Below, in pieces: positions 45,898-54,310 of a stretch of DNA of 54,310 bases (position 1 is its first letter; each line of letters begins with the position of its first letter). The stretch spans positions 1-54,310 of IMG/VR virus record IMGVR_UViG_3300020021_000018; one strand, given 5' to 3'. The notes beneath the pieces were generated by a model. The model saw nothing but the letters and a program-made list of their open reading frames with translations, did no database searches and had not been told where the DNA came from. Origin of the DNA: a virus (Duplodnaviria > Caudoviricetes). A program made the position numbers and the translations under genes.

Positions 45898-46163
45898 TTC
45901 ATCAGCTCCATCCGGCGCTTCGCGATGCGGTAAATCGCCGCCGTGGCGATGAGGGGGGCCGCCTCAAGTCCGCCGGCTTCCACGATCATCTGACGTACGA
46001 GGGAGGCGACGGCGATATCCTCGCCATGCTCCGTGATGGTTTCGATGAACTGGTAGACGACGCCATCAAGGGCATCCTCTTCGAGAGACTGGACCTGCTT
46101 GTAGGTGCTCTCGACGAGGGCACGGAACTCGGTGAGATTGTGCTCGGGGTGATCGCAACTCAT
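45894..46163 (-). CDS. Small helical protein
   Basis: C-terminal IATAAIYRIAKRRM. Confidence 0.55.
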   Translation of the reverse strand: MSCDHPEHNLTEFRALVESTYKQVQSLEEDALDGVVYQFIETITEHGEDIAVASLVRQMIVEAGGLEAAPLIATAAIYRIAKRRMELMK

Positions 46164-46401
46164 GATCCGTTTACTCCTTCTTCTTCGGGCATTGAAACCC
46201 GGCGGGCATCCAAGACGGCCAGGACGAAGGACGCCAAAACAAGCGCGTCAGTCTCCTGCCTCTCATCCACCCCATGCAGCCGGAAAAGCTTCGCCAGGTC
46301 GATGTGGAGGCGCTGACGTGGTGTACGTCCGAAGCCAAGCTCATGCTGCGGAGTCCACGTATACGGGGGACGGCGCAGCACTTTCGGCTTAGCTGCCGTT
46401 A

Positions 46402-46710
46402 TCACCCGCGTGACGGCGCGCTCCATTGTTCCTCGACCATCTTGGACCATCTTTCCTCCCTCTTCTTCGCTCGATACTCGGCTGAGGCGACCGCATTGGC
46501 TGTCTTACATAGCCGGCAGCGGCACCCGTATTCGCGGTAGGTCATCAACTCGCCGTGGATGACATTCGCCAAACCGGCCTTCAGGCGTGCCGCATGGTAG
46601 GCGCGACGCTCCTTCGTGTACCTATTCCCGGCCTCACGGCACGGGGTGCAGCAGCACTTGTGATTGAAGCGTGCCGTGATAGTTCCGTGCACGATCGGTT
46701 TGCGCGTCAT
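46402..46710 (-). CDS. Protein with two HG-x8-CxCxxC zinc-binding repeats
   Basis: HGTITARFNHKCCCTPCREA and HGELMTYREYGCRCRLCKTA. Confidence 0.7.
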   Translation of the reverse strand: MTRKPIVHGTITARFNHKCCCTPCREAGNRYTKERRAYHAARLKAGLANVIHGELMTYREYGCRCRLCKTANAVASAEYRAKKREERWSKMVEEQWSAPSRG

Positions 46711-47009
46711 GCCGCCAGAGCCGCCTCCGCGAGAGCGCCCTGAGCCCGGTGCCGCTTTGCCGCATTGCCACGCTCCAGAAGCTTGGCGACCTTCTGCGGT
46801 GTGAGGCCCTCAATCATCTGGGCGATCTGCCACACCTCCAGCCCACCCTCGCGTAGTGCTACGACAGCCATCGCACGCTCATCCGCCAGATCACTAGAGA
46901 TCTGGCGGGTGACAAGCTCGATCAGTTCTGCCGCACGGACCACGATCTCCGCCGCACCCAGCCCCGCCAATTCGGCCTGGACGGCAGCACGCACCTCTTG
47001 ATCACTCAT
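46707..47009 (-). CDS. HTH DNA-binding protein
   Basis: R..AV..L..GG....QIAQMI.GLTPQKVAKLL. Confidence 0.6.
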   Translation of the reverse strand: MSDQEVRAAVQAELAGLGAAEIVVRAAELIELVTRQISSDLADERAMAVVALREGGLEVWQIAQMIEGLTPQKVAKLLERGNAAKRHRAQGALAEAALAA

Positions 47010-47615
47010 CAGGAACACCACCTTCTTCGATGTGACTCATCGGTCGTTCCTCCCTTAGTCATGGAGCAAAGCCTACACCCCCACCGAGGGTAAAGCTAGC
47101 TGAGGGGAAGGGTTACACAATTAGTTCTACATTATGACACTACCCTCTTCACAGCCGTCACAAGAACTCAGGGTGATCAGCTCATCACCACCAGTCACGC
47201 CAGGGGACTACCGTGACATCCCATGTCCCGAGGCCTGTCCCAGTCCTTCTCTATATAACTACTGGTCACAGTAGTAGTAGTTAGTTAGTGACAGGTGTGA
47301 ACCCAAGACTGATGCCGAAGTGTTAAGCGGTATTACACAACACAAGTTTGGGACAAGATCAAGATGCACCCCCTACTGGTGTAATTGGGAGGGCCGTCAC
47401 AAACATCTCTGATATACTGAGAAACGTGATTACACCCAAGAATCGAGCCAAGTGGCTCACCACACTCGGAGTCTGGCGTGGCATCCGGGCCGGAGTCGAC
47501 TTCGACTGCGACATTCCACGGATGCGGATGCGTCTCTACAAGTGGGCCGCCTACCACAAGCTCTGGATCAGGACGAAGGTCGAAGGCGACATCATCTACT
47601 TCTCCGTGAGCAAAC

Positions 47616-47978
47616 TCAGGCCAACGGAGCCCTCGGATGTTCCTCGATGACTCCGACACCACGAGAAGCAAGATCCCTCAACTGTGCCGAGACGATCGCC
47701 CTCGTCCGGGCCGCATCCGAAACCACATTGATCTCCTCCGCCACGACCTGCGGGGCACGCTCCAGGCGATACAGCTTCGCCAAACGATCCGTGATCCGTA
47801 CAGCTAGCTCGGCGAAACGAGGATCAGCACCGTTGTCCTCGTCGCCACCCATCTGCTCCTCACACCAATTCAAGTAGCGGGTGAGCCTACCGACAAGCTG
47901 GCCACGCACAGCCGGCTGCTGAGAAGCCACCTCAGCCTCTGTGAGTTCCCCAGACACCTGCCACACCACGTCAGTCAT
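47616..47978 (-). CDS. Probable terminase small subunit
   Basis: DPRFAELAVRITDRLAKLYRLE resembles the small-terminase oligomerisation helix; adjacent to the repeat-rich non-coding region. Confidence 0.45.
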   Translation of the reverse strand: MTDVVWQVSGELTEAEVASQQPAVRGQLVGRLTRYLNWCEEQMGGDEDNGADPRFAELAVRITDRLAKLYRLERAPQVVAEEINVVSDAARTRAIVSAQLRDLASRGVGVIEEHPRAPLA

Positions 47979-48399
47979 GTCAAGCAGCCTACGGCCGGCA
48001 CAGCAGGCTAGGCGGCTTCAGGAAAAAGCATGCCTATTCAGCACAGCTGGGCTTGATCTTCTTCCCGGCCTGGAAGAGATACTCCGCTGGCTAAGAGGGC
48101 TCTCCTGTTTGGTCGCCAGGAAAGGAGGGTCACCCTCCTCTAGGCAACATGCATGTAGGTCCCCAAGATTTCCAAGATCCTCAGAAACTTGGCTTCTAGG
48201 TAAGCGCTTTCCTGGAAATTTCCGCAGGCCAACCTACCTGGACATATTGAAGAGGAGCAAATACTTGTTAAAGCAAACAAAACTGGCGGGGTGGGGGTTA
48301 TGCGTGCATCTAGCTGTTTTTTGCCGGGAAAACCTGTTCGCCTGATAGCCTATGGTCTGTTTGGCTTTGTGTCAATGGGCTTTTCGGTCATTGTTGTAA

Positions 48400-48875
48400 G
48401 GATCAAGGTTGTGCCCCTGTGTAGCTAAGTGGGTATGGGCTTGTGCCCCTATGTGCTTGTGTGCCTAGGCTTCTAAGGCTTTGATCAAATGGTGTCTGTC
48501 CTGGCCAAATGGTGAATACGTAGATCAAATGGTGGGCGTGGGGGGTACGTGGCCCCCTGTGTGGGGTGTATATAGGCAGGCCGGGGGCTTGCCGATCATC
48601 CGATGGGAGATCAGCCGAAGGGTGGATGGGGGATCAGCCGAAGGTACTAGGTAGGCCTAGTCTTTTCGGCCATCATCCGAAGGGTGGATACGTAGATGGC
48701 CGATCGGTCTAGGTTCCCCCTAGTCTTTTCGGCCATCATCCGTTCGTTGGGCAGCGTGACCCGGCCGTTTGGGTAGGCTCCGCCCTATGGCTTAACTGTA
48801 CCCCCCTTATGGGGGATCAGGCAAACGGGCGTCAGGATGAGCCAAACGGGTGGCGTAGTGAAGCCGAAAGGATGA
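48400..48875. repeat. Cluster of short direct repeats (candidate packaging site, genome end or origin)
   Basis: CAAATGGTG at 48486, 48506, 48526; GATCAGCCGAAGG at 48609, 48632; 24-mer CCTAGTCTTTTCGGCCATCATCCG at 48656, 48719. Confidence 0.75.
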
Positions 48876-48876
48876 C

Positions 48877-48904
48877 TTGACAACCCTACCGGGGGTGAGA
48901 CGAT
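48877..48904 (+). promoter_or_regulatory. Rightward early promoter
   Basis: TTGACA-accctaccgggggtga-GACGAT; GGGGTGAGACGATT recurs at 50612-50625. Confidence 0.6.
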
Positions 48905-48949
48905 TGACGTAGTTCCGCACCAGGCGGGGCACGGTGAGAGGTTCGGATC

Positions 48950-49555
48950 ATGGAACGCTACCTCGGAGTCAAGGCCTACCGCGAAGCAATGAATGCAGTC
49001 GAGTTCTTCCGCGTCAAGCAGAGCGCCTGGAACATGTCCCACGATGGTAACAGTCACTACCTTGCCGGCTACGGGCACAAGCGCCTCGGGAACCTGGTCG
49101 AAGCAATCCTCTGCGACTTCTACACCCTCGCGGATGCCGAGCAGATCATGGCGACGATGTACGAAACCGGCGAGGATGCCGAAGAGTGCATCCGTCGTGT
49201 CTGTTGGGACACGATGACCAATGCTCTCTACCAGGTTCGTCAAGCTGCCGAGGATGGGCAATTTGACGCGTGGGAGCGTGCCTACCCGGGGTGGCTCAAC
49301 TGGGCTGACCTGATGGCCCGGACCGAAGCGGATGCCTACGCGGAGTACGACGAGGTGACCGCTGACTTCGAAGAGTCGGACCCGGCCACGTGGACATACC
49401 TGCCCTCCGGCTACCAGGTGCGCGACTACAACGCCGCAACGGGCGAGATGCACCTCTACGCACCTGACGGCCGGGACGTCACCGATGCCTACGAGACTCG
49501 CCGCGAAACCGAGCAGTACGAGCGTCGCATGGCCGTAATGCGCAACTACCTCTGA
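48950..49555 (+). CDS. Acidic early protein of unknown function
   Basis: 201 aa; GAGAGG RBS and GGATCATG start. Confidence 0.65.
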   Translation: MERYLGVKAYREAMNAVEFFRVKQSAWNMSHDGNSHYLAGYGHKRLGNLVEAILCDFYTLADAEQIMATMYETGEDAEECIRRVCWDTMTNALYQVRQAAEDGQFDAWERAYPGWLNWADLMARTEADAYAEYDEVTADFEESDPATWTYLPSGYQVRDYNAATGEMHLYAPDGRDVTDAYETRRETEQYERRMAVMRNYL

Positions 49556-49650
49556 CGCGCCTCTGATCTGTTGTCTTGCGTCGTGCGCGTGACTGGACTC
49601 CGCGTGCGGCGTTGGGTGCCAGATTGGCAATCCAGGGAAGGAAACGGATC

Positions 49651-50040
49651 ATGAATAACAGTGACGAGCGCGACTACGCCGAGGAGGCGTACAACGCGCA
49701 CACGATGGCGACCGGTGACGGAGAGATCCCCGATGACCTTTTCGACTACCTCGCGGATGTCGACGAGGTGACCGGAGAGCCGGCCAGTGCCCCTTCCGGG
49801 CCGCGTCCGGTGTACGTGATCGCTCGTGAGATCCGACGCGACTGGACCAAGATCTACTTTGGTGCGGTCCCGTACCTCGACGCCATGGGGTCCCTCGATT
49901 CAATGGCGGACCGGTACGGCCTTGACTCCGCGAAGTCGATCGTGTCTTACTTCTTGGCCAATGCGGGCACGTGGCGCGGCGAGGTGGCGCGACGGATCAA
50001 GGCTGAACTGAAGGTGATGGGGGAAGGCCTCCCCTACTGA
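49651..50040 (+). CDS. Conserved-looking phage protein
   Basis: IAREIRRDW....FGAVPYLDAM...YFLANAGTWRGEVARRIKAELK. Confidence 0.7.
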   Translation: MNNSDERDYAEEAYNAHTMATGDGEIPDDLFDYLADVDEVTGEPASAPSGPRPVYVIAREIRRDWTKIYFGAVPYLDAMGSLDSMADRYGLDSAKSIVSYFLANAGTWRGEVARRIKAELKVMGEGLPY

Positions 50041-50365
50041 AGTCAAGCGGCTGAGCCGACCTTCGGTCGTTCACCGTACTAGTTCGGGACACCCCCGCCA
50101 GGGGGTCTGAGAGCCTCCGTGAGCCATGATCGCTGAAAGTGCACCTGGCTATGCCGGGGTATCGGTGATCATGGCCCCACAGAGTTTTCCCTGCTCAGAG
50201 GGGTTAACAAAACGGAATAAACGGACAAGATCAAGGAGACTAAAGGATCATGCAAACCAAGCGCACCGACCGGCCCGGACGGGGCAAGCACCCGCTCCTG
50301 ATCACTGATCGAGCGGTTTGGGTGTACGCGGCCCGCCGTGCCCTCCCGACCCGGAAGGCAACCCG

Positions 50366-50524
50366 ATGATCAAATTCCTGTACCTGATTCTCGTCCTGGC
50401 GTGGCACCTGCACGCACCGGGTGTCGCCAATTGGGGCACCGTCGATGGTCACCGGCATTGCATGGCCATCATCGCGGACACGTCCGTCGTGGTGTGCGCC
50501 GACGGCTACGTGACAACTAGCTGA
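50366..50524 (+). CDS. Small secreted or membrane peptide
   Basis: MIKFLYLILVLAW hydrophobic start. Confidence 0.45.
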   Translation: MIKFLYLILVLAWHLHAPGVANWGTVDGHRHCMAIIADTSVVVCADGYVTTS

Positions 50525-50661
50525 TTGATCGGCTAGCGGAGCCTCATCCTTTCGGTTGGTCTTCATTCCTGGCCGAAAGGATGAGGCTCCTTAGTTGGTA
50601 AACCCCCTGGCGGGGTGAGACGATTCTCGTGTCAGGTAAGTCCAAGCGGAAGGATCGGATC

Positions 50662-50841
50662 ATGCCGGCTCACAAGTTCAAGTACACCCCACAGCAGACC
50701 CTTGATCACAAAAACCTGATCAATTACTGCCTGATCTGTGGTGAAAGCACTGAGGACATCGACGATGACGAGTGCTTCGGGCGCGACGAGTCCGACGCCC
50801 AAGAGGCCCAAGCCGTGTACGACTACGAATGGAACCTGTGA
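50662..50841 (+). CDS. Small hypothetical protein
   Basis: GGATCATG start; CLIC motif. Confidence 0.5.
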   Translation: MPAHKFKYTPQQTLDHKNLINYCLICGESTEDIDDDECFGRDESDAQEAQAVYDYEWNL

Positions 50842-50843
50842 TC

Positions 50844-51098
50844 ATGAGTAACGAAACGATCGTCATCGACGCGCCGGAGGGCATCCGGATGTACGACGTC
50901 CTCAGCTTCCGGGGGGCGCTCGGTCTGGAGATCCGGACCGGCATGGTCATGCGCCCCGGTTTCAGCATCGTGCAAGCCGCTATCAAGCGTGGCTACGTCG
51001 CCGAGGGCACCCGCCGCAAGCGTGACGCCTACGCCCAACTGGACGCACTGATTGTGGCCAACGGTGGCCCGTCGTCGCGCCCCTTGCCGGCCGAGTAG
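50844..51098 (+). CDS. Small hypothetical protein
   Basis: ALGLEIRTGM motif; start re-called. Confidence 0.55.
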   Translation: MSNETIVIDAPEGIRMYDVLSFRGALGLEIRTGMVMRPGFSIVQAAIKRGYVAEGTRRKRDAYAQLDALIVANGGPSSRPLPAE

Positions 51099-51175
51099 TA
51101 CGCATGACCCAGCGCCTACGGGCGCTGGATTGTGCGGGTTACTTGACCCCACAACCAACCGAACGGAGCAAGATC

Positions 51176-51634
51176 ATGAAGCACAAGGGACTCCTGACCG
51201 CTATGCTCGCCATCATCATCGGGGCCGGCATCGTCTCGACCGTCCTCGTCTCCGATGCCATGTCGGGGCCCGGAACACTGCACGTCACCGCGCAAGCGGC
51301 CGATCCTTCCTTCGCACCCTCGGGCGAGATCCTGAGCGTGCAACAGATCAAGCAAGGTGATGTCCTGATGGGTGTCCTCGCCAACTTCCGAGGATGCCCC
51401 AACGGGCAGGTCATCTCCGAGATTCACTGGCGCTGGGATGATGCCGCCCTGTCCTGTGACGGCATCATCGTCATCCACGGCGTGACGGTCGACTACACAC
51501 GCAACTCCGACGGGACATCCCTCACGACGTGGACCTACCAGGGCCGCTCCGGCGACATGGGTTACGACATCGGCCAGGACGATGGCGAGACGCACCTTGC
51601 CCCCGGATTCTTCTCCGACGTGGATGCCGAGTAA
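51176..51634 (+). CDS. Secreted or membrane-anchored protein
   Basis: MKHKGLLTAMLAIIIGAGIVSTVLV. Confidence 0.6.
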   Translation: MKHKGLLTAMLAIIIGAGIVSTVLVSDAMSGPGTLHVTAQAADPSFAPSGEILSVQQIKQGDVLMGVLANFRGCPNGQVISEIHWRWDDAALSCDGIIVIHGVTVDYTRNSDGTSLTTWTYQGRSGDMGYDIGQDDGETHLAPGFFSDVDAE

Positions 51635-51637
51635 GCC

Positions 51638-51949
51638 ATGGGTTGGAATGAAGACTTGGCAGCATGCACCACGGATCGCGAGCGCGTCATGCTGGCCCTA
51701 GGCCTCTCGGAACGCATGCGAGGCAGGTGGATACAGGGCCAACGTGAGTCGGTCGAGCGCGAAATTGAACGCTACCGGTCAAGCCATCGGGGCAAGGCAC
51801 CACACGGGGACGACTACGCGGATGCGGTGGCGGTGGGCAAGCTCCGCTGGTCTAAGCATGCTGTCGCCGCTGACCTGATCTCCGATGAGCAGTTCTTCAG
51901 CCGCTTGGCAGTCATGTATTCAACGATTGATCGGAAGGACACACGATGA
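51638..51949 (+). CDS. Hypothetical protein
   Basis: ATGA overlap with next gene. Confidence 0.55.
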   Translation: MGWNEDLAACTTDRERVMLALGLSERMRGRWIQGQRESVEREIERYRSSHRGKAPHGDDYADAVAVGKLRWSKHAVAADLISDEQFFSRLAVMYSTIDRKDTR

Positions 51950-52281
51950 CCAAAGCACAAGATGTTTCGCGGGCCGAGAGCCTAGAGGTTCTGCGGGGCC
52001 TACTACCGCGAGGTTCCGAGGTACGCGTACTCGTCAGGCACGTTTCAGCGTCGGGCATGACGCGCTGGATTGACGTCTTCGTCATCCACAACGGGTCCCT
52101 TGTGTGGATCGGTTCACGTGTCGCCGAGGTGTTGGGATCTACCTGGTCGAGTAAGTACCAGGGGGTCAAGCGTGAAGGGGTCGGCATGGATATGGGTTTC
52201 GACCTTGTCTATAGCCTCTCAGCACGCCTATATGGGCATGCGGATGAGGGGGGCTATGCACTCACCCATCGTTGGATTTGA
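51946..52281 (+). CDS. Conserved-looking phage protein
   Basis: RHVSASGMTRWI and G.GMDMGFDLVYSLS motifs. Confidence 0.65.
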   Translation: MTKAQDVSRAESLEVLRGLLPRGSEVRVLVRHVSASGMTRWIDVFVIHNGSLVWIGSRVAEVLGSTWSSKYQGVKREGVGMDMGFDLVYSLSARLYGHADEGGYALTHRWI

Positions 52282-52366
52282 GTAGCTAGCGTGGCTTAGC
52301 GGCCCTACGGTCGCTAGGTTGTACGGGTTACTTGACCCGTTAAACCAACCGAACGGAGAACGGATC

Positions 52367-53101
52367 ATGAAGATCACCTATCAGATGCTCCTCGACGCCG
52401 GAGCATGCTCGGAGCAACGTGAACTCTTCGCGGAGCACTTCCCGAACGGGGCACGTGTCACCATCAAAAACGCAGTCTCCGTCGCCCAACTCTTTAACTG
52501 GAACTGGGCTGCCGAGAATCTGCTCACCCGGCCCGCTCGGGAGGTCTACGACGCGGCGATCCGGCCCGCTCGGGAGGCCTACGACGCGGCGATCCGGCCC
52601 GCTCGGGAGGCCTACGACGTGGCGACCCGGCCCGCTGGGGAGGCCTACGACGTGGCGCTCCGGACCGCTCGGGAGGCCTACGACGTGGCGCTCCGGACCG
52701 CTCGGGAGGCCTACGACGTGGCGCTCCGGACCGCTCGGGAGGCCTGCGACGCGGCGATCCAGCCCGCTGAGGAGGCCTACGACGTGGCGCTCCGGACCGC
52801 TCGGGAGGTCTACGACGTGGCGCTCCGGACCGCTCGGGAGGTCTACGACGTGGCGGTCCGGCCCGCTTGGGAGGCCTACGACGCGGCGATCCGGCCCGCT
52901 TGGGAGGCCTACGACGCGGCGATCCGGCCCGCTGAGGAGGCCTACGACGCGGCGATCCGGCCCGCTGAGGAGGCCTACAGCGCGGCGATCCAGCCCGCTG
53001 AGGAGGCCTACAGCGCGGCGATCCAGCCCGCTCGGGAGGCCTACGACGCGGCATGCGCGACTGCTTTCGCACGTGCCGCTAGCTCCCGTCCGGCCAAGTA
53101 G
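52367..53101 (+). CDS. 11-aa tandem-repeat helical protein
   Basis: Unique N-terminus (L..AGACSEQ..LF...FP.G) followed by 16 copies of RPAREAYDAAI-type units. Confidence 0.8.
   Translation: MKITYQMLLDAGACSEQRELFAEHFPNGARVTIKNAVSVAQLFNWNWAAENLLTRPAREVYDAAIRPAREAYDAAIRPAREAYDVATRPAGEAYDVALRTAREAYDVALRTAREAYDVALRTAREACDAAIQPAEEAYDVALRTAREVYDVALRTAREVYDVAVRPAWEAYDAAIRPAWEAYDAAIRPAEEAYDAAIRPAEEAYSAAIQPAEEAYSAAIQPAREAYDAACATAFARAASSRPAK
52528..53052 (+). repeat. 33-bp coding tandem repeat, about 16 units
   Basis: Consensus CCGGCCCGCTCGGGAGGCCTACGACGCGGCGAT. Confidence 0.95.
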
Positions 53102-53171
53102 TACGCATTGCCTAGCGGCCATGGTCGCTAGGCCTTTGCGGGCCGCTTGGTCCTTGACGTAAGGAGGCAAC

Positions 53172-53444
53172 ATGATCAAATTCTATGACGTCAACTTCGT
53201 CGGCCAGACCGGGACGAAGGACACGATCAATGTCTACGTGTACGGCTCTGACGACCTAGCCGGATGGTCAACGATCTCGCATGACTCCGGCCAGGAATAC
53301 ATCCGGGTACGGAGCGCCGAGACAGCTATGCCGTGGGATGAGGCAGACGGTATCGCCGCGAACCTCGCCGCACTGATCGCCCAACTCACCGGGGGAGAGG
53401 TAGACACACGTGACGATGACACCGTGACGGCGGTGGCGGCATGA
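53172..53444 (+). CDS. Hypothetical protein
   Basis: AAGGAGG RBS. Confidence 0.6.
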   Translation: MIKFYDVNFVGQTGTKDTINVYVYGSDDLAGWSTISHDSGQEYIRVRSAETAMPWDEADGIAANLAALIAQLTGGEVDTRDDDTVTAVAA

Positions 53445-53630
53445 AGTATGTGGCTTGGATCATCTGGGTCCTCATCGTCATCGTGGCGATCATCGCCATA
53501 GCGAGCTATCACCAGGCCGGCGGACGGTAGCGCAAAGTGGCCCACGGGATTCTCTAGGGGGTTCCGTGGGCTGTCTTGTGTTCCCGGCCATCCATCGGCC
53601 AGGACGGCAAAGAGAAGGAAGGTTCGGATC

Positions 53631-53957
53631 ATGGATCTCAATGAACACCCGAAGTTGCGCGACTACATGTCGACGCACCCGAGTGTGCGCCCACCAGTCA
53701 CGCGCCCACTCTCCGCTGATCACCCGAGCCGGCCTACGGCCGTTAGGGTTGACGTCGCACAACGGGCTGAGAGCGTCACTACGGCGATACAGCCCCGCAG
53801 GCTTGCCGACGTACTCGCAGACGTCCGTTCGGCTGTGTGGGGGCTATCTGGGCACCCGCGATTCAGTGAGCTGGCGGATCGCCTCGCGGAGCTGACAAAT
53901 GAGGCATACGAGCTAGGCCTAGACGATGGCTTCACGTCGGGGCGTTACGGCCTATGA
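53631..53957 (+). CDS. Hypothetical protein
   Basis: GGATCATG start with RBS. Confidence 0.55.
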   Translation: MDLNEHPKLRDYMSTHPSVRPPVTRPLSADHPSRPTAVRVDVAQRAESVTTAIQPRRLADVLADVRSAVWGLSGHPRFSELADRLAELTNEAYELGLDDGFTSGRYGL

Positions 53958-54310
53958 CATGGCACCCCACTAGGCGCCCCAGCGTGCCCCCTACAGGCTC
54001 CGATAACGAGGGGCCGTGGGAGGTGCGCCTAGTGCGCTGGGACGGCACCACGCAGACAGCAGGCACCCTTGCCGCCTTCGCATCTGCTCAGGCCTACGCC
54101 GAGACAATTGCCCGCTCACTGGCCAGGAACGACAGGAGCAGGGCATGGCTGGGTTACCCGACGTCGGGTGTCCAGGCCGTCACGGTCGCGTGGGACGTGT
54201 GGGATATCCCGGCCATGGTGCTAGGCGAGGCAGGGGTGCGTGCCGTACCGGTGAGCGTGCCACGCAGTGAAGTTGAGTCGGAGACACTCAAGCTTGCCCT
54301 CGCCTACGCC
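53954..54310 (+). CDS. Partial hypothetical gene running off the window
   Basis: Own translation: ATGA overlap, open to the end (MTWHPTRRPS...KLALAYA). Confidence 0.5.
   Translation, partial: MTWHPTRRPSVPPTGSDNEGPWEVRLVRWDGTTQTAGTLAAFASAQAYAETIARSLARNDRSRAWLGYPTSGVQAVTVAWDVWDIPAMVLGEAGVRAVPVSVPRSEVESETLKLALAYA

Noticed and set aside
47941-48345. 134-aa plus-strand ORF in the divergent region
   Set aside because: No RBS, atypical composition and overlap with the TerS candidate; more likely non-coding.
50518-50600. Hammerhead ribozyme (CTGATTGA ... GAAA)
   Set aside because: The core does not match CUGANGA, and the GAAA lies inside a perfect 18-bp stem.
52528-53052. CRISPR array
   Set aside because: Contiguous in-frame 33-bp units with no unique spacers; it is a coding tandem repeat.
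52340-53179. Alternative-frame and antisense repeat ORFs
   Set aside because: Open only because the 33-bp unit lacks stops; only the frame starting at 52367 has an RBS and a unique head domain.
1-54310. Integrated prophage with att sites
   Set aside because: No integrase, host genes or att-like junction are visible; lifestyle cannot be decided from this window.

Overview
The window is a large part of a tailed (siphovirus-type) phage genome of a high-GC actinobacterium. No integrase or host genes are visible, and both ends run into phage genes. Left arm (1-8150, minus strand): replication/recombination genes (probable primase N-terminus, SSB-like protein, Cas4/RecB-like exonuclease, HTH proteins, AAA+ ATPase). 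Centre (8190-36750, plus strand): terminase, portal, protease, capsid, tail, tape measure, minor tail and lysis genes. Right arm (36750-47980, minus strand): small accessory and regulatory genes (ParB-like, endonuclease VII, WhiB-like, GIY-YIG, tandem paralogue arrays, probable remote small terminase). A repeat-rich non-coding stretch (48000-48900) is followed by a plus-strand early-gene region punctuated by repeated hairpins. The most striking element is a ~450-nt non-coding RNA (6079-6526, minus) directly behind a conserved 245-aa gene of unknown function. It contains two circularly permuted tRNA-like domains (T-arm, acceptor 3' strand with UCCA, 5-nt linker, acceptor 5' strand, D-arm, no anticodon loop) joined by a periodic self-complementary spacer, with no Ro60 gene in the window. 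Also notable are a C-run/G-run motif in the spacers of several promoters, leaderless late promoters, an orphan DUF397/BldB-like gene in the head module and a triplicated gene with variable centres. All family assignments come from motif recognition by eye, not from database searches.
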